From: Candidatus Margulisiibacteriota bacterium
Lineage (GTDB): Bacteria > Margulisbacteria > WOR-1 > O2-12-FULL-45-9 > XYB2-FULL-48-7
DNA: 54,254 nt
Reading direction: 5' to 3'
Assembly (NCBI GenBank): GCA_028702315.1
Contig: JAQVPA010000001.1
Span: 1-54,254 of the forward strand
Shown: piece after piece, positions 12,104 to 20,301 of the stretch
Layout of the letters: each line of letters starts with the position of its first letter
Position numbering within the stretch: position 1 is the stretch's first letter
Notes under the pieces: model-generated
What the model saw: the letters and a program-made list of their open reading frames with translations, nothing else
The model's database searches: none
Told to the model about the DNA's origin: nothing
Translations under genes and position numbers: made by a program

Positions 12104-13285
12104 ATGGCAAACATGAATTACTTTAACCTGCCTGATGAAACCGGCCATTTTGGCCAGTACGGAGGGCGGTTCGTGCCGGAGACGCTGATGGCGCCGCTGG
12201 AGAATCTTACCAAGTCGTACCTGGCGGTTAGAAATGACGCGAAATTCCTGGCGGAACTTGACGGCTATCTGGAGAATTACGCCGGACGGCCGACACCCCT
12301 TTACTTTGCCCGGCGGTTGACCGAAGCGCTGGGTGGCGCCAAGATTTACTTAAAAAGAGAAGATCTTTGCCATACCGGCGCTCATAAGATCAATAATGTG
12401 CTGGGGCAGTTGTTGTTAGCGATGCGGATGGGGAAACGGCGGATCATTGCCGAGACCGGGGCGGGCCAGCATGGGGTGGCAACGGCGACCGGTGCGGCGC
12501 TGTTTGACCTCGAATGCATCGTTTATATGGGGGAAGAAGATGTTAGGCGGCAAGCGCTCAATGTCTTCCGGATGGAGCTTCTCGGCGCTAAAGTTGTTCC
12601 GGTCAAATCGGGGAGCAGGACACTCAAAGACGCGATCAATGAGACGATGCGCGACTGGATGGCGCATCCGGACGATACTTTTTACTGCCTCGGCTCATGT
12701 GTCGGCCCGCATCCTTACCCGATGATGGTCAGGGACTTCCAGTCGGTGATCGGCAAAGAGGCCAAAGGCCAGCATTTGACGCTGGAAAAGAAGGAGCCGG
12801 ACTATTTAGTTGCTTGCGTCGGCGGCGGCTCGAACGCGATCGGCTTATTCTATCCGTTTTTAGAAGAGCCCTCTGTCAAGATCATCGGAGTGGAGGCCGC
12901 CGGAGCCGCTTCGCTCTGCAAGGGGACGGTCGGTGTCTTGCACGGCGCCAAAGAATATGTCCTCCAAACCAAAACCGGACAGATCATGGATACTCATTCT
13001 ATTTCTGCCGGTCTCGATTATTCCGGCTCCGGGCCGGAACACAGTTATTTGAAAGATGCCGGCCGGGTAGAATATGTGATGGTGAATGACAAGGAAGCGC
13101 TCGAAGGGTTTAAACTCCTTTCACGGATGGAAGGGATAATCCCGGCGCTCGAATCGGCGCACGCGATCGCCTATTTGAAGAAGTTAGCGCCAAAGCTGAA
13201 TAAGGACCAGACGATCGTGGTTTGCCTCTCTGGCCGCGGCGACAAGGACGCCGATGAGGTCCGGAAAATCATCGCCAAAAAATAG
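12104..13285 (+). CDS. trpB: Tryptophan synthase beta chain
   Basis: [10 protein letters not shown], the [12 protein letters not shown]-lysine motif, and GGGSNAIG. Confidence 0.95.
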   Translation: MANMNYFNLPDETGHFGQYGGRFVPETLMAPLENLTKSYLAVRNDAKFLAELDGYLENYAGRPTPLYFARRLTEALGGAKIYLKREDLCHTGAHKINNVLGQLLLAMRMGKRRIIAETGAGQHGVATATGAALFDLECIVYMGEEDVRRQALNVFRMELLGAKVVPVKSGSRTLKDAINETMRDWMAHPDDTFYCLGSCVGPHPYPMMVRDFQSVIGKEAKGQHLTLEKKEPDYLVACVGGGSNAIGLFYPFLEEPSVKIIGVEAAGAASLCKGTVGVLHGAKEYVLQTKTGQIMDTHSISAGLDYSGSGPEHSYLKDAGRVEYVMVNDKEALEGFKLLSRMEGIIPALESAHAIAYLKKLAPKLNKDQTIVVCLSGRGDKDADEVRKIIAKK

Positions 13286-13289
13286 CTAC

Positions 13290-13318
13290 TTGCATATTTC
13301 CTCTCTGGGAGTCATAAT
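13290..13318 (+). promoter_or_regulatory. Promoter for the SWIB gene
   Basis: TTGCAT-17 nt-CATAAT, followed by an AAGGAGGG RBS before ATG 13354. Confidence 0.5.
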
Positions 13319-13353
13319 TCGAACAAATCTTTGGAAAAGGAGGGAAAACAATC

Positions 13354-13623
13354 ATGGCATCAAAAGCACAGCAGGAAGCCCGCAAAAAGTTCATGAAGCC
13401 GGTCACCCCGTCTGCCGCCCTGTCCGAAGTCGTTGGGTATAAGCCGCTCCCGCGCACCGAAGTGGTCAAGAAGCTCTGGGCTTATATTAAGAGGAACAAG
13501 CTCCAGGACAAGAAGAACCGGCGCAACATTAATGCCGATGCGAAGCTCAAACCGATCTTCGGCGGCAAAAAGACGGTCAACATGTTCCAGATGACCAAGC
13601 TGGTCAGCAAACAGCTGCACTAG
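13354..13623 (+). CDS. SWIB/MDM2-domain protein (89 aa)
   Basis: VTPSAALSEVVGYKPLPRTEVVKKLWAYIKRNKLQD...IFGGKKTVNMFQMTKLVSKQL is a typical SWIB pattern. Confidence 0.85.
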   Translation: MASKAQQEARKKFMKPVTPSAALSEVVGYKPLPRTEVVKKLWAYIKRNKLQDKKNRRNINADAKLKPIFGGKKTVNMFQMTKLVSKQLH

Positions 13624-13650
13624 TTTAGCCGTTCAAGTTTCGACTGATAG

Positions 13651-13678
13651 CCCCCCGATCAAATCGGGGGGTTTTTTT
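13651..13678 (+). terminator. Rho-independent terminator after the SWIB gene
   Basis: CCCCCCGAT-caa-ATCGGGGGG followed by TTTTTTT. Confidence 0.85.
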
Positions 13679-13752
13679 ATGCGAAAAAGTGAAATTTTTG
13701 TCTTTTGTTAATGATATAGCTTTGTGGCAACAGTTAAATGGAGTAAATAATT

Positions 13753-14217
13753 ATGCCTAGAATATACTCTCTAGATCGCAGAAGATGGAAGCCCGGTGTT
13801 TCAGTGAATATGCTCATATTCAGAGGACAAAACATTAATCCGGACCGTTTGGCTCGAACCCAAGGAGGCCGAACGTTTTTTGATGCCGAAAGACGGATAC
13901 CGGGATTAATCAAGCAAATAGCTGCTTCTGGTTTAGAATTGAACTTAAAAGGCATAAAACTATCGGAGCCAGAAACGGCATTGGAGATAATAAGGAGTTA
14001 TAGCGGTAGCAACGGTGATAATTTGTTTTTTGTGTTAGCCGTGTTAAGCCGGGTGATAAGGGACAGGCAATCGATTGAAGGGATTGTCGGGCAAAAGCTA
14101 AATATTACTGGCCGGACGATCGACCTGGACTTGCTTGAGGATCAGGTATTCGGTGAGGCGTTTAGTGAATTTGATTGTGCCACCCAGAATGCTTTAATAG
14201 TCAGGATATTGATTTAA
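13753..14217 (+). CDS. Hypothetical protein (154 aa)
   Basis: A GGAG sits 10 nt before the ATG. I recognise no motif. The gene is AT-rich and converges on the next gene with a 2-nt gap. Confidence 0.5.
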   Translation: MPRIYSLDRRRWKPGVSVNMLIFRGQNINPDRLARTQGGRTFFDAERRIPGLIKQIAASGLELNLKGIKLSEPETALEIIRSYSGSNGDNLFFVLAVLSRVIRDRQSIEGIVGQKLNITGRTIDLDLLEDQVFGEAFSEFDCATQNALIVRILI

Positions 14218-14219
14218 GA

Positions 14220-16118
14220 TTAATTTGATGCACTAAGTATTTGGTCTAATAAATCCTGTGTCGATCTCGGCAACGTTTCTTTTAATTCATCAATTAGCAC
14301 GGGCAAATCAGGATCACGTCCAAAATTGGGGCCAAAATAGCGTTTTTGCCGAAAAGCAAGGGTTGCAATATGAGCTGTTTCCAGGATTTCGTACAAAACT
14401 CGGCCGGATTGCTTTTCGGCCAACTTTATTAAAGCAAAGATGAGGCGGGAATCCAGGTCGCAAGGAGAGCCAGCGAATGATCCATAAGTTTCATTTGTGG
14501 AATTTCTCATATCAGTTAAGCGTTTTGCCTGGTGCTTGATTTCCCCTAGCGTTGTTTTTGTTGCTGCAGGATCAGCTGATTCTAGATCAGGCAGAGATCG
14601 TGAGGCCATTATAATATTTATCAGTTTTTCGTTTTCTTTTTCAAGAAGCGCTTGTTTTTTATCCCATTCAGCCCGCCTAAATTGATTTTTTTTCTCAACA
14701 TATTGCTGCAGATCATCATAAAATGTTTGCAGGATTAATTGTTTTGTTTTTGGCAAAGCTAATATTCTACCAAGTATTTCTTTGGTGAATTCCATGTCTG
14801 CCGCCACCGTCTTAGTGAGAAAGCCGATTGGATCGGGGGCATCAGCTAAGCCCGGAAAAAGGAAAGCCCTTTCCATGTCCTGGATCATATAATGTCCAAT
14901 TTCCGCCAAATGCGCTCGAACGGAACCCTCTGTTACGACGTCCCCCCGCACTGCAGACAAACGAAGGCGAATAAAGATCATCCGTTTAAATGCCTTTTTT
15001 AACTTGGCGAGTTCCCGTCGGGTTATAATATTTTCCTCTTTCAACTTATTTAAAGCAGTGAAAGTGGCAGGGGCGGAGTGGGAAGACAAAGAGATTTCCC
15101 GGTTCGGCAGGTCATAGGTAAAACTGACCATCCAGTGGATGATATTGAAAAATCGCTGGGCGCCCTTTTTTATCCGCAAATTTAAAATGCCGTTCTTTTG
15201 ACCAATGGTGTCTTGAAACGTTTTTTGTTTCGGCCGCATTACGCTTTGCTTTAATAAGTTAGCGATGACAAAGCCCAATTTATTATTAATGGCTGACCGA
15301 GCATCGGAGACAAAATCATTAAAAATGGCGCGATTACCGGAATAAAAAGCCAGATCAGTATTGATGGAAACGTATTTTGAATTGTCTATCATCTCGCGGA
15401 AAAGACCGGAGCTTTCTCCCTGGATGAAAAGCACTTCGTTTTTTCCTTCAACCGGCAAATGAAATATCAACGCCAGCGCCATGATCTGTTGATGGTAATC
15501 GCGCATTTTTTGTTGATCGTAACCCGGCTCGCCGATCATGGCGAATTCAATGTCGGAAGAAGGGATCCCTTCTCCGCGAGCGGAACTGCCGTAAATTGCG
15601 ATGGCAAGATGGTTTAGCTCCACTCGATGTTTGTCATGAAAAACGGCGTTCAATAAGGCGGATAAAATGAAGTAAAAATGCTTTTCCGCTTTACGAATGT
15701 CATTAAACATCGGCTTTCTTTGTAAGTCATATTTACTAACGAGATTGTTCCTTAAACAATAATAGGTTTTTGCTAATAGATATATTTTATCCAAGGCTTC
15801 TTTGGGAATGCTTTTTAAAAGAGTTTCCATGTTATCGATTGCCCGTTTTTTTGTCTCGAGCCCCAGTGTATTGTTATATGCAGGGTTGGATAATTCTGTT
15901 TTTCTTAACTCTATGAAGAGATCAAGATCAAGCTGGGGAGAAGAAAAAGGGGAGGTATTGTTTTGTTGAATATTAATTGGTGTTGGTAGTCTGTTAATTG
16001 ATAAGTTTGGAAAATCGACCGGGCGCTCATGGCGAAAAGACTGTAGCGGTTTGGATAAAGCCGTTTTTGCCCAATAAAGAAGCTTACTTCGGGTAGATAA
16101 TGCTCCTGTAACTGTCAT
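14220..16118 (-). CDS. GlnD/GlnE/DUF294-like protein nucleotidyltransferase (632 aa), with no HD or ACT domains
   Basis: Pol-beta NTase motif YGSSARGEGIPSSDIEF at nt 15546-15590. A downstream LNLRIKKGAQRFFNIIHW resembles the GlnD NIKEGxGGLRDxxxxxW motif. Confidence 0.7.
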   Translation of the reverse strand: MTVTGALSTRSKLLYWAKTALSKPLQSFRHERPVDFPNLSINRLPTPINIQQNNTSPFSSPQLDLDLFIELRKTELSNPAYNNTLGLETKKRAIDNMETLLKSIPKEALDKIYLLAKTYYCLRNNLVSKYDLQRKPMFNDIRKAEKHFYFILSALLNAVFHDKHRVELNHLAIAIYGSSARGEGIPSSDIEFAMIGEPGYDQQKMRDYHQQIMALALIFHLPVEGKNEVLFIQGESSGLFREMIDNSKYVSINTDLAFYSGNRAIFNDFVSDARSAINNKLGFVIANLLKQSVMRPKQKTFQDTIGQKNGILNLRIKKGAQRFFNIIHWMVSFTYDLPNREISLSSHSAPATFTALNKLKEENIITRRELAKLKKAFKRMIFIRLRLSAVRGDVVTEGSVRAHLAEIGHYMIQDMERAFLFPGLADAPDPIGFLTKTVAADMEFTKEILGRILALPKTKQLILQTFYDDLQQYVEKKNQFRRAEWDKKQALLEKENEKLINIIMASRSLPDLESADPAATKTTLGEIKHQAKRLTDMRNSTNETYGSFAGSPCDLDSRLIFALIKLAEKQSGRVLYEILETAHIATLAFRQKRYFGPNFGRDPDLPVLIDELKETLPRSTQDLLDQILSASN

Positions 16119-16187
16119 TTTGTTCCTCCGGACCGGGAATCATTCTTCCTAATATATATCGTGAAAAAATGCCAAAAATTTCACATT

Positions 16188-16216
16188 TTGAATAATCAAG
16201 AAGGATGTATTATAAT
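16188..16216 (+). promoter_or_regulatory. Consensus promoter for trpA with leaderless geometry
   Basis: TTGAAT-17 nt-TATAAT, then 7 nt to the in-frame GTG at 16224. Confidence 0.6.
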
Positions 16217-16223
16217 TGGGCTT

Positions 16224-16979
16224 GTGGGATCAATAGGAGATATTTTTAAGGCGCGCAAGGCTTTAATCGCTTTCATTACCGCTGGTGACCCGTCACTATC
16301 GGTGACGGAGAAGCTGGTTTACGACCTGGAAAAAGCTGGGGCCGACATTATTGAGCTTGGCATCCCGTTTTCCGATCCGCTGGCCGACGGGCCGATCATC
16401 CAGGCGTCGCATCAACGGGCGCTTAAGAAAAACACCTCATTAGCGGATGTCTTTAAATTAGTTGCCAAAGTGCGCAAAAAAGCCGCGATCCCGATTTGTT
16501 TTATGCTTTCTTATAACTTGATCGTCCAGTACGGAGAGGACAAATTCTATGCGGATTGTGATAAATTTGGCGTTGACGGAGTAATTATTCCGGATTTACC
16601 ACCAGAGGAGGGAGCAAGGGACAAGGGTCAAGCAGCAAGAATCTCCTTTGTGGCCCCGACGAGCAGTGAGGAGCGGATAAAGCTGGCGGCGGAAAAGTCG
16701 TCGGGGTTTATCTACTTGGTCTCTGTGGCGGGGATAACGGGGGTCAGGAAAAAGATGGAAGGGTCGATAGGTGGATTGGTGGATAGGGTCAGGAAATATA
16801 CTAAATTGCCGATAGCGGTTGGGTTTGGCATCTCGACGCCGGCTCAGGCCAAAGAAGTGGCGAAGCAGGCGGATGGAGTGATCGTCGGTTCGGCAATAGT
16901 TGACCTCGTTGCCCGCAAAAAGTTCAAGGCGGTTGTAAATTTAGTCGCCGCGCTGCGCAGAGGGGTCGATGCTGTATAG
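16224..16979 (+). CDS. trpA: Tryptophan synthase alpha chain
   Basis: ALIAFITAGDP, ELGIPFSDPLADGPIIQ and GFGIS. Start placed at GTG 16224. The ORF-track GTG at 16161 lies upstream of the promoter and would give an overlong N terminus. Confidence 0.9.
   Translation: MGSIGDIFKARKALIAFITAGDPSLSVTEKLVYDLEKAGADIIELGIPFSDPLADGPIIQASHQRALKKNTSLADVFKLVAKVRKKAAIPICFMLSYNLIVQYGEDKFYADCDKFGVDGVIIPDLPPEEGARDKGQAARISFVAPTSSEERIKLAAEKSSGFIYLVSVAGITGVRKKMEGSIGGLVDRVRKYTKLPIAVGFGISTPAQAKEVAKQADGVIVGSAIVDLVARKKFKAVVNLVAALRRGVDAV
16612..16639. repeat. Four NNNCAAG heptamers inside trpA
   Basis: GAGCAAG GGACAAG GGTCAAG CAGCAAG. The wider segment 16611-16643 is 28/33 nt identical to speB 24099-24131. Confidence 0.7.
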
Positions 16980-17508
16980 GCTCATCTATCGCTTAAAGCA
17001 ATTCTATTTTGGGATGTTGGCTTCCTACAATAAGGCCGATGCCGCTTTTGCCAACAGTTATCTTAACAGCGAGGAATTAGCCCTCTTTAACCAATTGCCC
17101 GGGTTTGAAAAGAAACACGCGGTGGTCGTTGCCAAAAAAATGCTTGACCTGGCGCTTTACAATCCCGAGCTCGACCAGCGCAAGCTGGTCCGTCTCGGCC
17201 TGCTACATGATATTGGCAAGGTTATGGAAAGGAGCACAGTCCTTTCCAAATCGATCCTGGTGATCATCAGGTACTTTTTTCCCGCGTTCTATGAGTGGTT
17301 GGCGGCAAAGGGGAAAAGTGATCCGCGATTCAAAAAATTCTACATTCACCGGCACCACGGGGAAGTTGGAGCGGATCTCTTGGCTAAGATCGGTGTTTCA
17401 GGCGAATATTTTTTGATGATCAAGAAGCATGATCCCCGGATCGAGCCTTTTGGGCCGGACGACCCAATCGAGCTTAAGATCCTTCAGGACGCGGATAGCA
17501 CGTACTGA
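16969..17508 (+). CDS. HD/HDIG-domain phosphohydrolase
   Basis: [21 protein letters not shown] and LQDADS. It overlaps the trpA stop by 11 nt. Confidence 0.8.
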   Translation: MLYRLIYRLKQFYFGMLASYNKADAAFANSYLNSEELALFNQLPGFEKKHAVVVAKKMLDLALYNPELDQRKLVRLGLLHDIGKVMERSTVLSKSILVIIRYFFPAFYEWLAAKGKSDPRFKKFYIHRHHGEVGADLLAKIGVSGEYFLMIKKHDPRIEPFGPDDPIELKILQDADSTY

Positions 17509-17821
17509 CCGTCGTCTTGATCCCCCCGCGGACGTTGAACTCGCCGGTGACCTTCATCTTTCTAGGTTGGCAGGCGGCGGCCAGGTCATCAAGTATTTTA
17601 TTGACTACATCTTCGTGAAAAGTTCCGGCATTACGATAGGAAATAAAGTACATCTTAAGCGATTTTAACTCAATGATCAGCTTGTCCGGGATATATTCGA
17701 TTTTAATTGTGGCAAAGTCCGGCAAACCTGTTTTAGGGCAGACGCAAGTGAACTCCGGGAATTCGATATTCACGGCATAATCCCGGTCCGCGTTTTTGTT
17801 GGCAATTGTTTCTATTTGCAT
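17474..17821 (-). CDS. queF: NADPH-dependent 7-cyano-7-deazaguanine reductase
   Basis: [20 protein letters not shown] and the ELKSLKMY motif. Confidence 0.9.
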   Translation of the reverse strand: MQIETIANKNADRDYAVNIEFPEFTCVCPKTGLPDFATIKIEYIPDKLIIELKSLKMYFISYRNAGTFHEDVVNKILDDLAAACQPRKMKVTGEFNVRGGIKTTVSTCYPRPEGS

Positions 17822-18582
17822 TGGTTGATCGCGTCCCTCAGTTTTTTTGCTTCCGCTTTTGGATCAGCCGCGTAGATGATGCTCCGCGAAGCATTGATGA
17901 TCGCCCGCCGGCCGCCGTTTTTGACCGCGGCCTCAAGGTCTCCTCCCTGGGCGCCAACGCCGGGGATGAGGATCGGCATATCGCCGACAATGTCATGAAC
18001 CTGCTTCAGTTCGTCCGGTTTCGTCGCGCCAACGACAACCCCGCAGTTTCCCCGGACATTCCATTCCTTGACCTTTTCGGCCACGGTCAGGAAAAGAGGG
18101 TGAGGCGGCTTATTCTGCAAATTGGCCGCGCCGGGATTACTAGTCAGGCAAAGGATAAAGATACCTTTGTCTTCGTACTCAATAAACGGGTCAACCGAAT
18201 CTTTCCCCATGTAGGGATTAACAGTGATGGCGTCGGCTTTAAAATATTGGAACGCGGCTTGGGCGTAAGCGTCGGACGAGTTACCGATGTCACCCCGTTT
18301 GGCATCCAAGATAACCGGCAGTTTGAAGTTATGGATGAGTTCGATCGTCTTCAGGAGGGCTTCGATCCCGACAATCCCATAGCGTTCATAAAAAGCGATG
18401 TTGGGTTTATAGGCGCAAACGAGGTCGGCGGTCGCTTCAATGATGGAGCGGTTAAAATCAAAGATCGCATTTTTACCCGAGGCGATCGTCTTGGGGATTT
18501 TTTCCAAATCAATATCAAGTCCGACGCAAAGCTGGCTATTATTCCCCTTAATGGAACGGTCTAGGAGGTCAACAAACTTCAT
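17812..18582 (-). CDS. pyrF: Orotidine 5'-phosphate decarboxylase
   Basis: [21 protein letters not shown] and VVGATKP. Confidence 0.9.
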   Translation of the reverse strand: MKFVDLLDRSIKGNNSQLCVGLDIDLEKIPKTIASGKNAIFDFNRSIIEATADLVCAYKPNIAFYERYGIVGIEALLKTIELIHNFKLPVILDAKRGDIGNSSDAYAQAAFQYFKADAITVNPYMGKDSVDPFIEYEDKGIFILCLTSNPGAANLQNKPPHPLFLTVAEKVKEWNVRGNCGVVVGATKPDELKQVHDIVGDMPILIPGVGAQGGDLEAAVKNGGRRAIINASRSIIYAADPKAEAKKLRDAINQCK

Positions 18583-20108
18583 TGTGGGGGCGGTGGGTCG
18601 GCGGTTGGCCCTTGAGGCGCGGGTTCCGCTGGCAGCTGCTCTTCAAATTCTTCCTCTTCAGCCTCTTTCTCCGCTTTGGCGCGTTCTTTTTCCGCGATCA
18701 TATCGCCGATCGTCACTTTTTTTTCTTCTTCCTTATTCTGTTGCTGCTGTTGTTGCTGGGCCATGGCCGCCTTAGCTTCTTTACGCTCTTTATCGATCTT
18801 GACCGCTTTGACCGAGAGGCCGATCTTTTGCTCTTCGGGGATCACCCGTAAAATTTTCACGTCAACCGTTTCGCCGATCTTGGCGGCTTCGTCAGGCGAC
18901 ATGATCTTCTCTTTGGAAAGCTCAGAAATATGGATCAATCCTTCGAGCCCATGCTCCAGTTCGGCAAAAGCGCCGAATTTGGCAAAGCGGAGGATCTTGG
19001 CTTTGACGATCTGGCCGGGTTTATAAAGTTCAGCGGCGCTGACCCAAGGGTCAGCCTGTAACTCTTTCAAGCCCAAAGAGACCTTTTTATTGATCCGGTC
19101 GACTCCCAGGACAAAGACATCGATCTCTTGGCCGGATTTGAGCACTTCCGAGGGGTGTTTAACTCTTTTCCAGGAAAGTTCGGAGAGATGGATCAACCCT
19201 TCGATCCCGCCCAAGTCGACAAAAGCGCCGAAGGGTTTTAAATTGGCGACTTTTCCCTTTCTGACCTGGCCGACTTCGAGCTCATCCAGGAGCTTTTGTG
19301 AAACTTGAGTGGTTTTTTCCCCGGCTGCTTGTTTATGGGAGAGGACGATCTTCCCCTGCCGGTGATTGACTTCGATAACTTTGAGGGGAATGGTTTTACC
19401 GACGAAAGATTCAAATGTCTCTTCGGCGGTCTTGCCAACTTGTGAAGCCGGGACAAAACCCCTGATCCCTTCGCATTCAACGACGAGGCCGCCCCGCAGC
19501 GCCTGCAGGACCTTTCCTTGCAGTACCGTTTTGTGGCGATAGGCGTCGGAAGCGAGCCGCCACTTCTTTTCCTGGTCGGCGTTCTTTTTGGACAGGATCG
19601 CGTAGCCTTCTTTATTTTCGGTGTTCTCGATCATGACATCGATGATGTCGCCGACCTTGAGCGCTTCTTCATGAACACCCGGGATTTTATCAGCCAGCTC
19701 TTCGGTGGGGATCAGGCCGTCGGCCTTATACTTGATATCGACCAGGACGCCCGAAGGATCGATCCTTAAAACCTTCCCTTTAACAATGTCCCCAACCTTA
19801 TACTCTTTAAAGGTTTGATCATATTCCGACGATTCAGTAGTTGGGCCTTTAGGTTTTTCCCCAACCGAAATTTTCGTTTCTTCTTTCTTCTTTTCTGGCG
19901 GAGGCGTAGGCGTTTTTACTTGGGTGGGGAGGGAAGTTGCTTTAAACTCGTCTTTTTTGGTTGGCGCGGTTGATTGCGGTGCCGGTTCGCTCTTTTTTTC
20001 GAGTTTTTTGCTCTCTTCCAGGGTCTGGCGGATCAGTTCTTCGACTTCGGAGAGCCCCGCGTCCCCTTTCCCCTGTTCCAGCGATGTTCCTTTAAGTTCT
20101 TCGTCCAT
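18579..20108 (-). CDS. rpsA: 30S ribosomal protein S1 (four S1 domains) with N- and C-terminal low-complexity extensions
   Basis: Repeated G.VV.G.V......G..V.L...EG..H.SE modules. There is a poly-Q run and an acidic/Pro tail. Confidence 0.9.
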   Translation of the reverse strand: MDEELKGTSLEQGKGDAGLSEVEELIRQTLEESKKLEKKSEPAPQSTAPTKKDEFKATSLPTQVKTPTPPPEKKKEETKISVGEKPKGPTTESSEYDQTFKEYKVGDIVKGKVLRIDPSGVLVDIKYKADGLIPTEELADKIPGVHEEALKVGDIIDVMIENTENKEGYAILSKKNADQEKKWRLASDAYRHKTVLQGKVLQALRGGLVVECEGIRGFVPASQVGKTAEETFESFVGKTIPLKVIEVNHRQGKIVLSHKQAAGEKTTQVSQKLLDELEVGQVRKGKVANLKPFGAFVDLGGIEGLIHLSELSWKRVKHPSEVLKSGQEIDVFVLGVDRINKKVSLGLKELQADPWVSAAELYKPGQIVKAKILRFAKFGAFAELEHGLEGLIHISELSKEKIMSPDEAAKIGETVDVKILRVIPEEQKIGLSVKAVKIDKERKEAKAAMAQQQQQQQNKEEEKKVTIGDMIAEKERAKAEKEAEEEEFEEQLPAEPAPQGPTADPPPPQ

Positions 20109-20152
20109 AACTTGTTAAGAATACCATAAAAATGGTCGATGGTAAAGAGGGG

Positions 20153-20223
20153 GATGGGTTGATAGATGGATAGGTTGATAGATGGATGGGGCAAACCACC
20201 CAACCAGCTAACGACCTAACCTC
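20153..20223. repeat. Intergenic octamer array followed by its C/A-rich inverted counterpart
   Basis: GATGGGTT GATAGATG GATAGGTT GATAGATG GATGGGGC, then AAACCACCCAACCAGCTAACGACCTAACCTC. Confidence 0.65.
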
Positions 20224-20301
20224 TGTCAAGGTGGCGCGGTATTTTTAATTGTGGCTGAAATTATTTCTTGATAAATACGATAAAAAAAGCAGAGCAATAA
20301 A

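Noticed and set aside
15130-15165. An R-x5-H motif (QRFFNIIH) in the 632-aa protein, considered as a possible HEPN RNase signature
   Set aside because: The context LNLRIKKGAQRFFNIIHW fits the GlnD/GlnE helical-domain motif that follows the NTase domain. There is no other HEPN evidence.
16161-16223. GTG 16161 as the trpA start
   Set aside because: It lies upstream of the consensus promoter at 16188-16216 and would add about 21 residues not seen in TrpA N termini.
16741-16796. 11-bp direct repeat GGGTCAGGAAA flanking a G/T-rich octamer patch in trpA, considered as a target-site duplication
   Set aside because: The GVTG-to-GFGI distance in this TrpA equals the 26 aa I recall for Bacillus TrpA, so there is no net insertion. 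It is probably coincidence or ordinary coding sequence.
17806-18564. 252-aa + strand ORF
   Set aside because: It is antisense to the well-supported pyrF gene and has no recognisable motifs.
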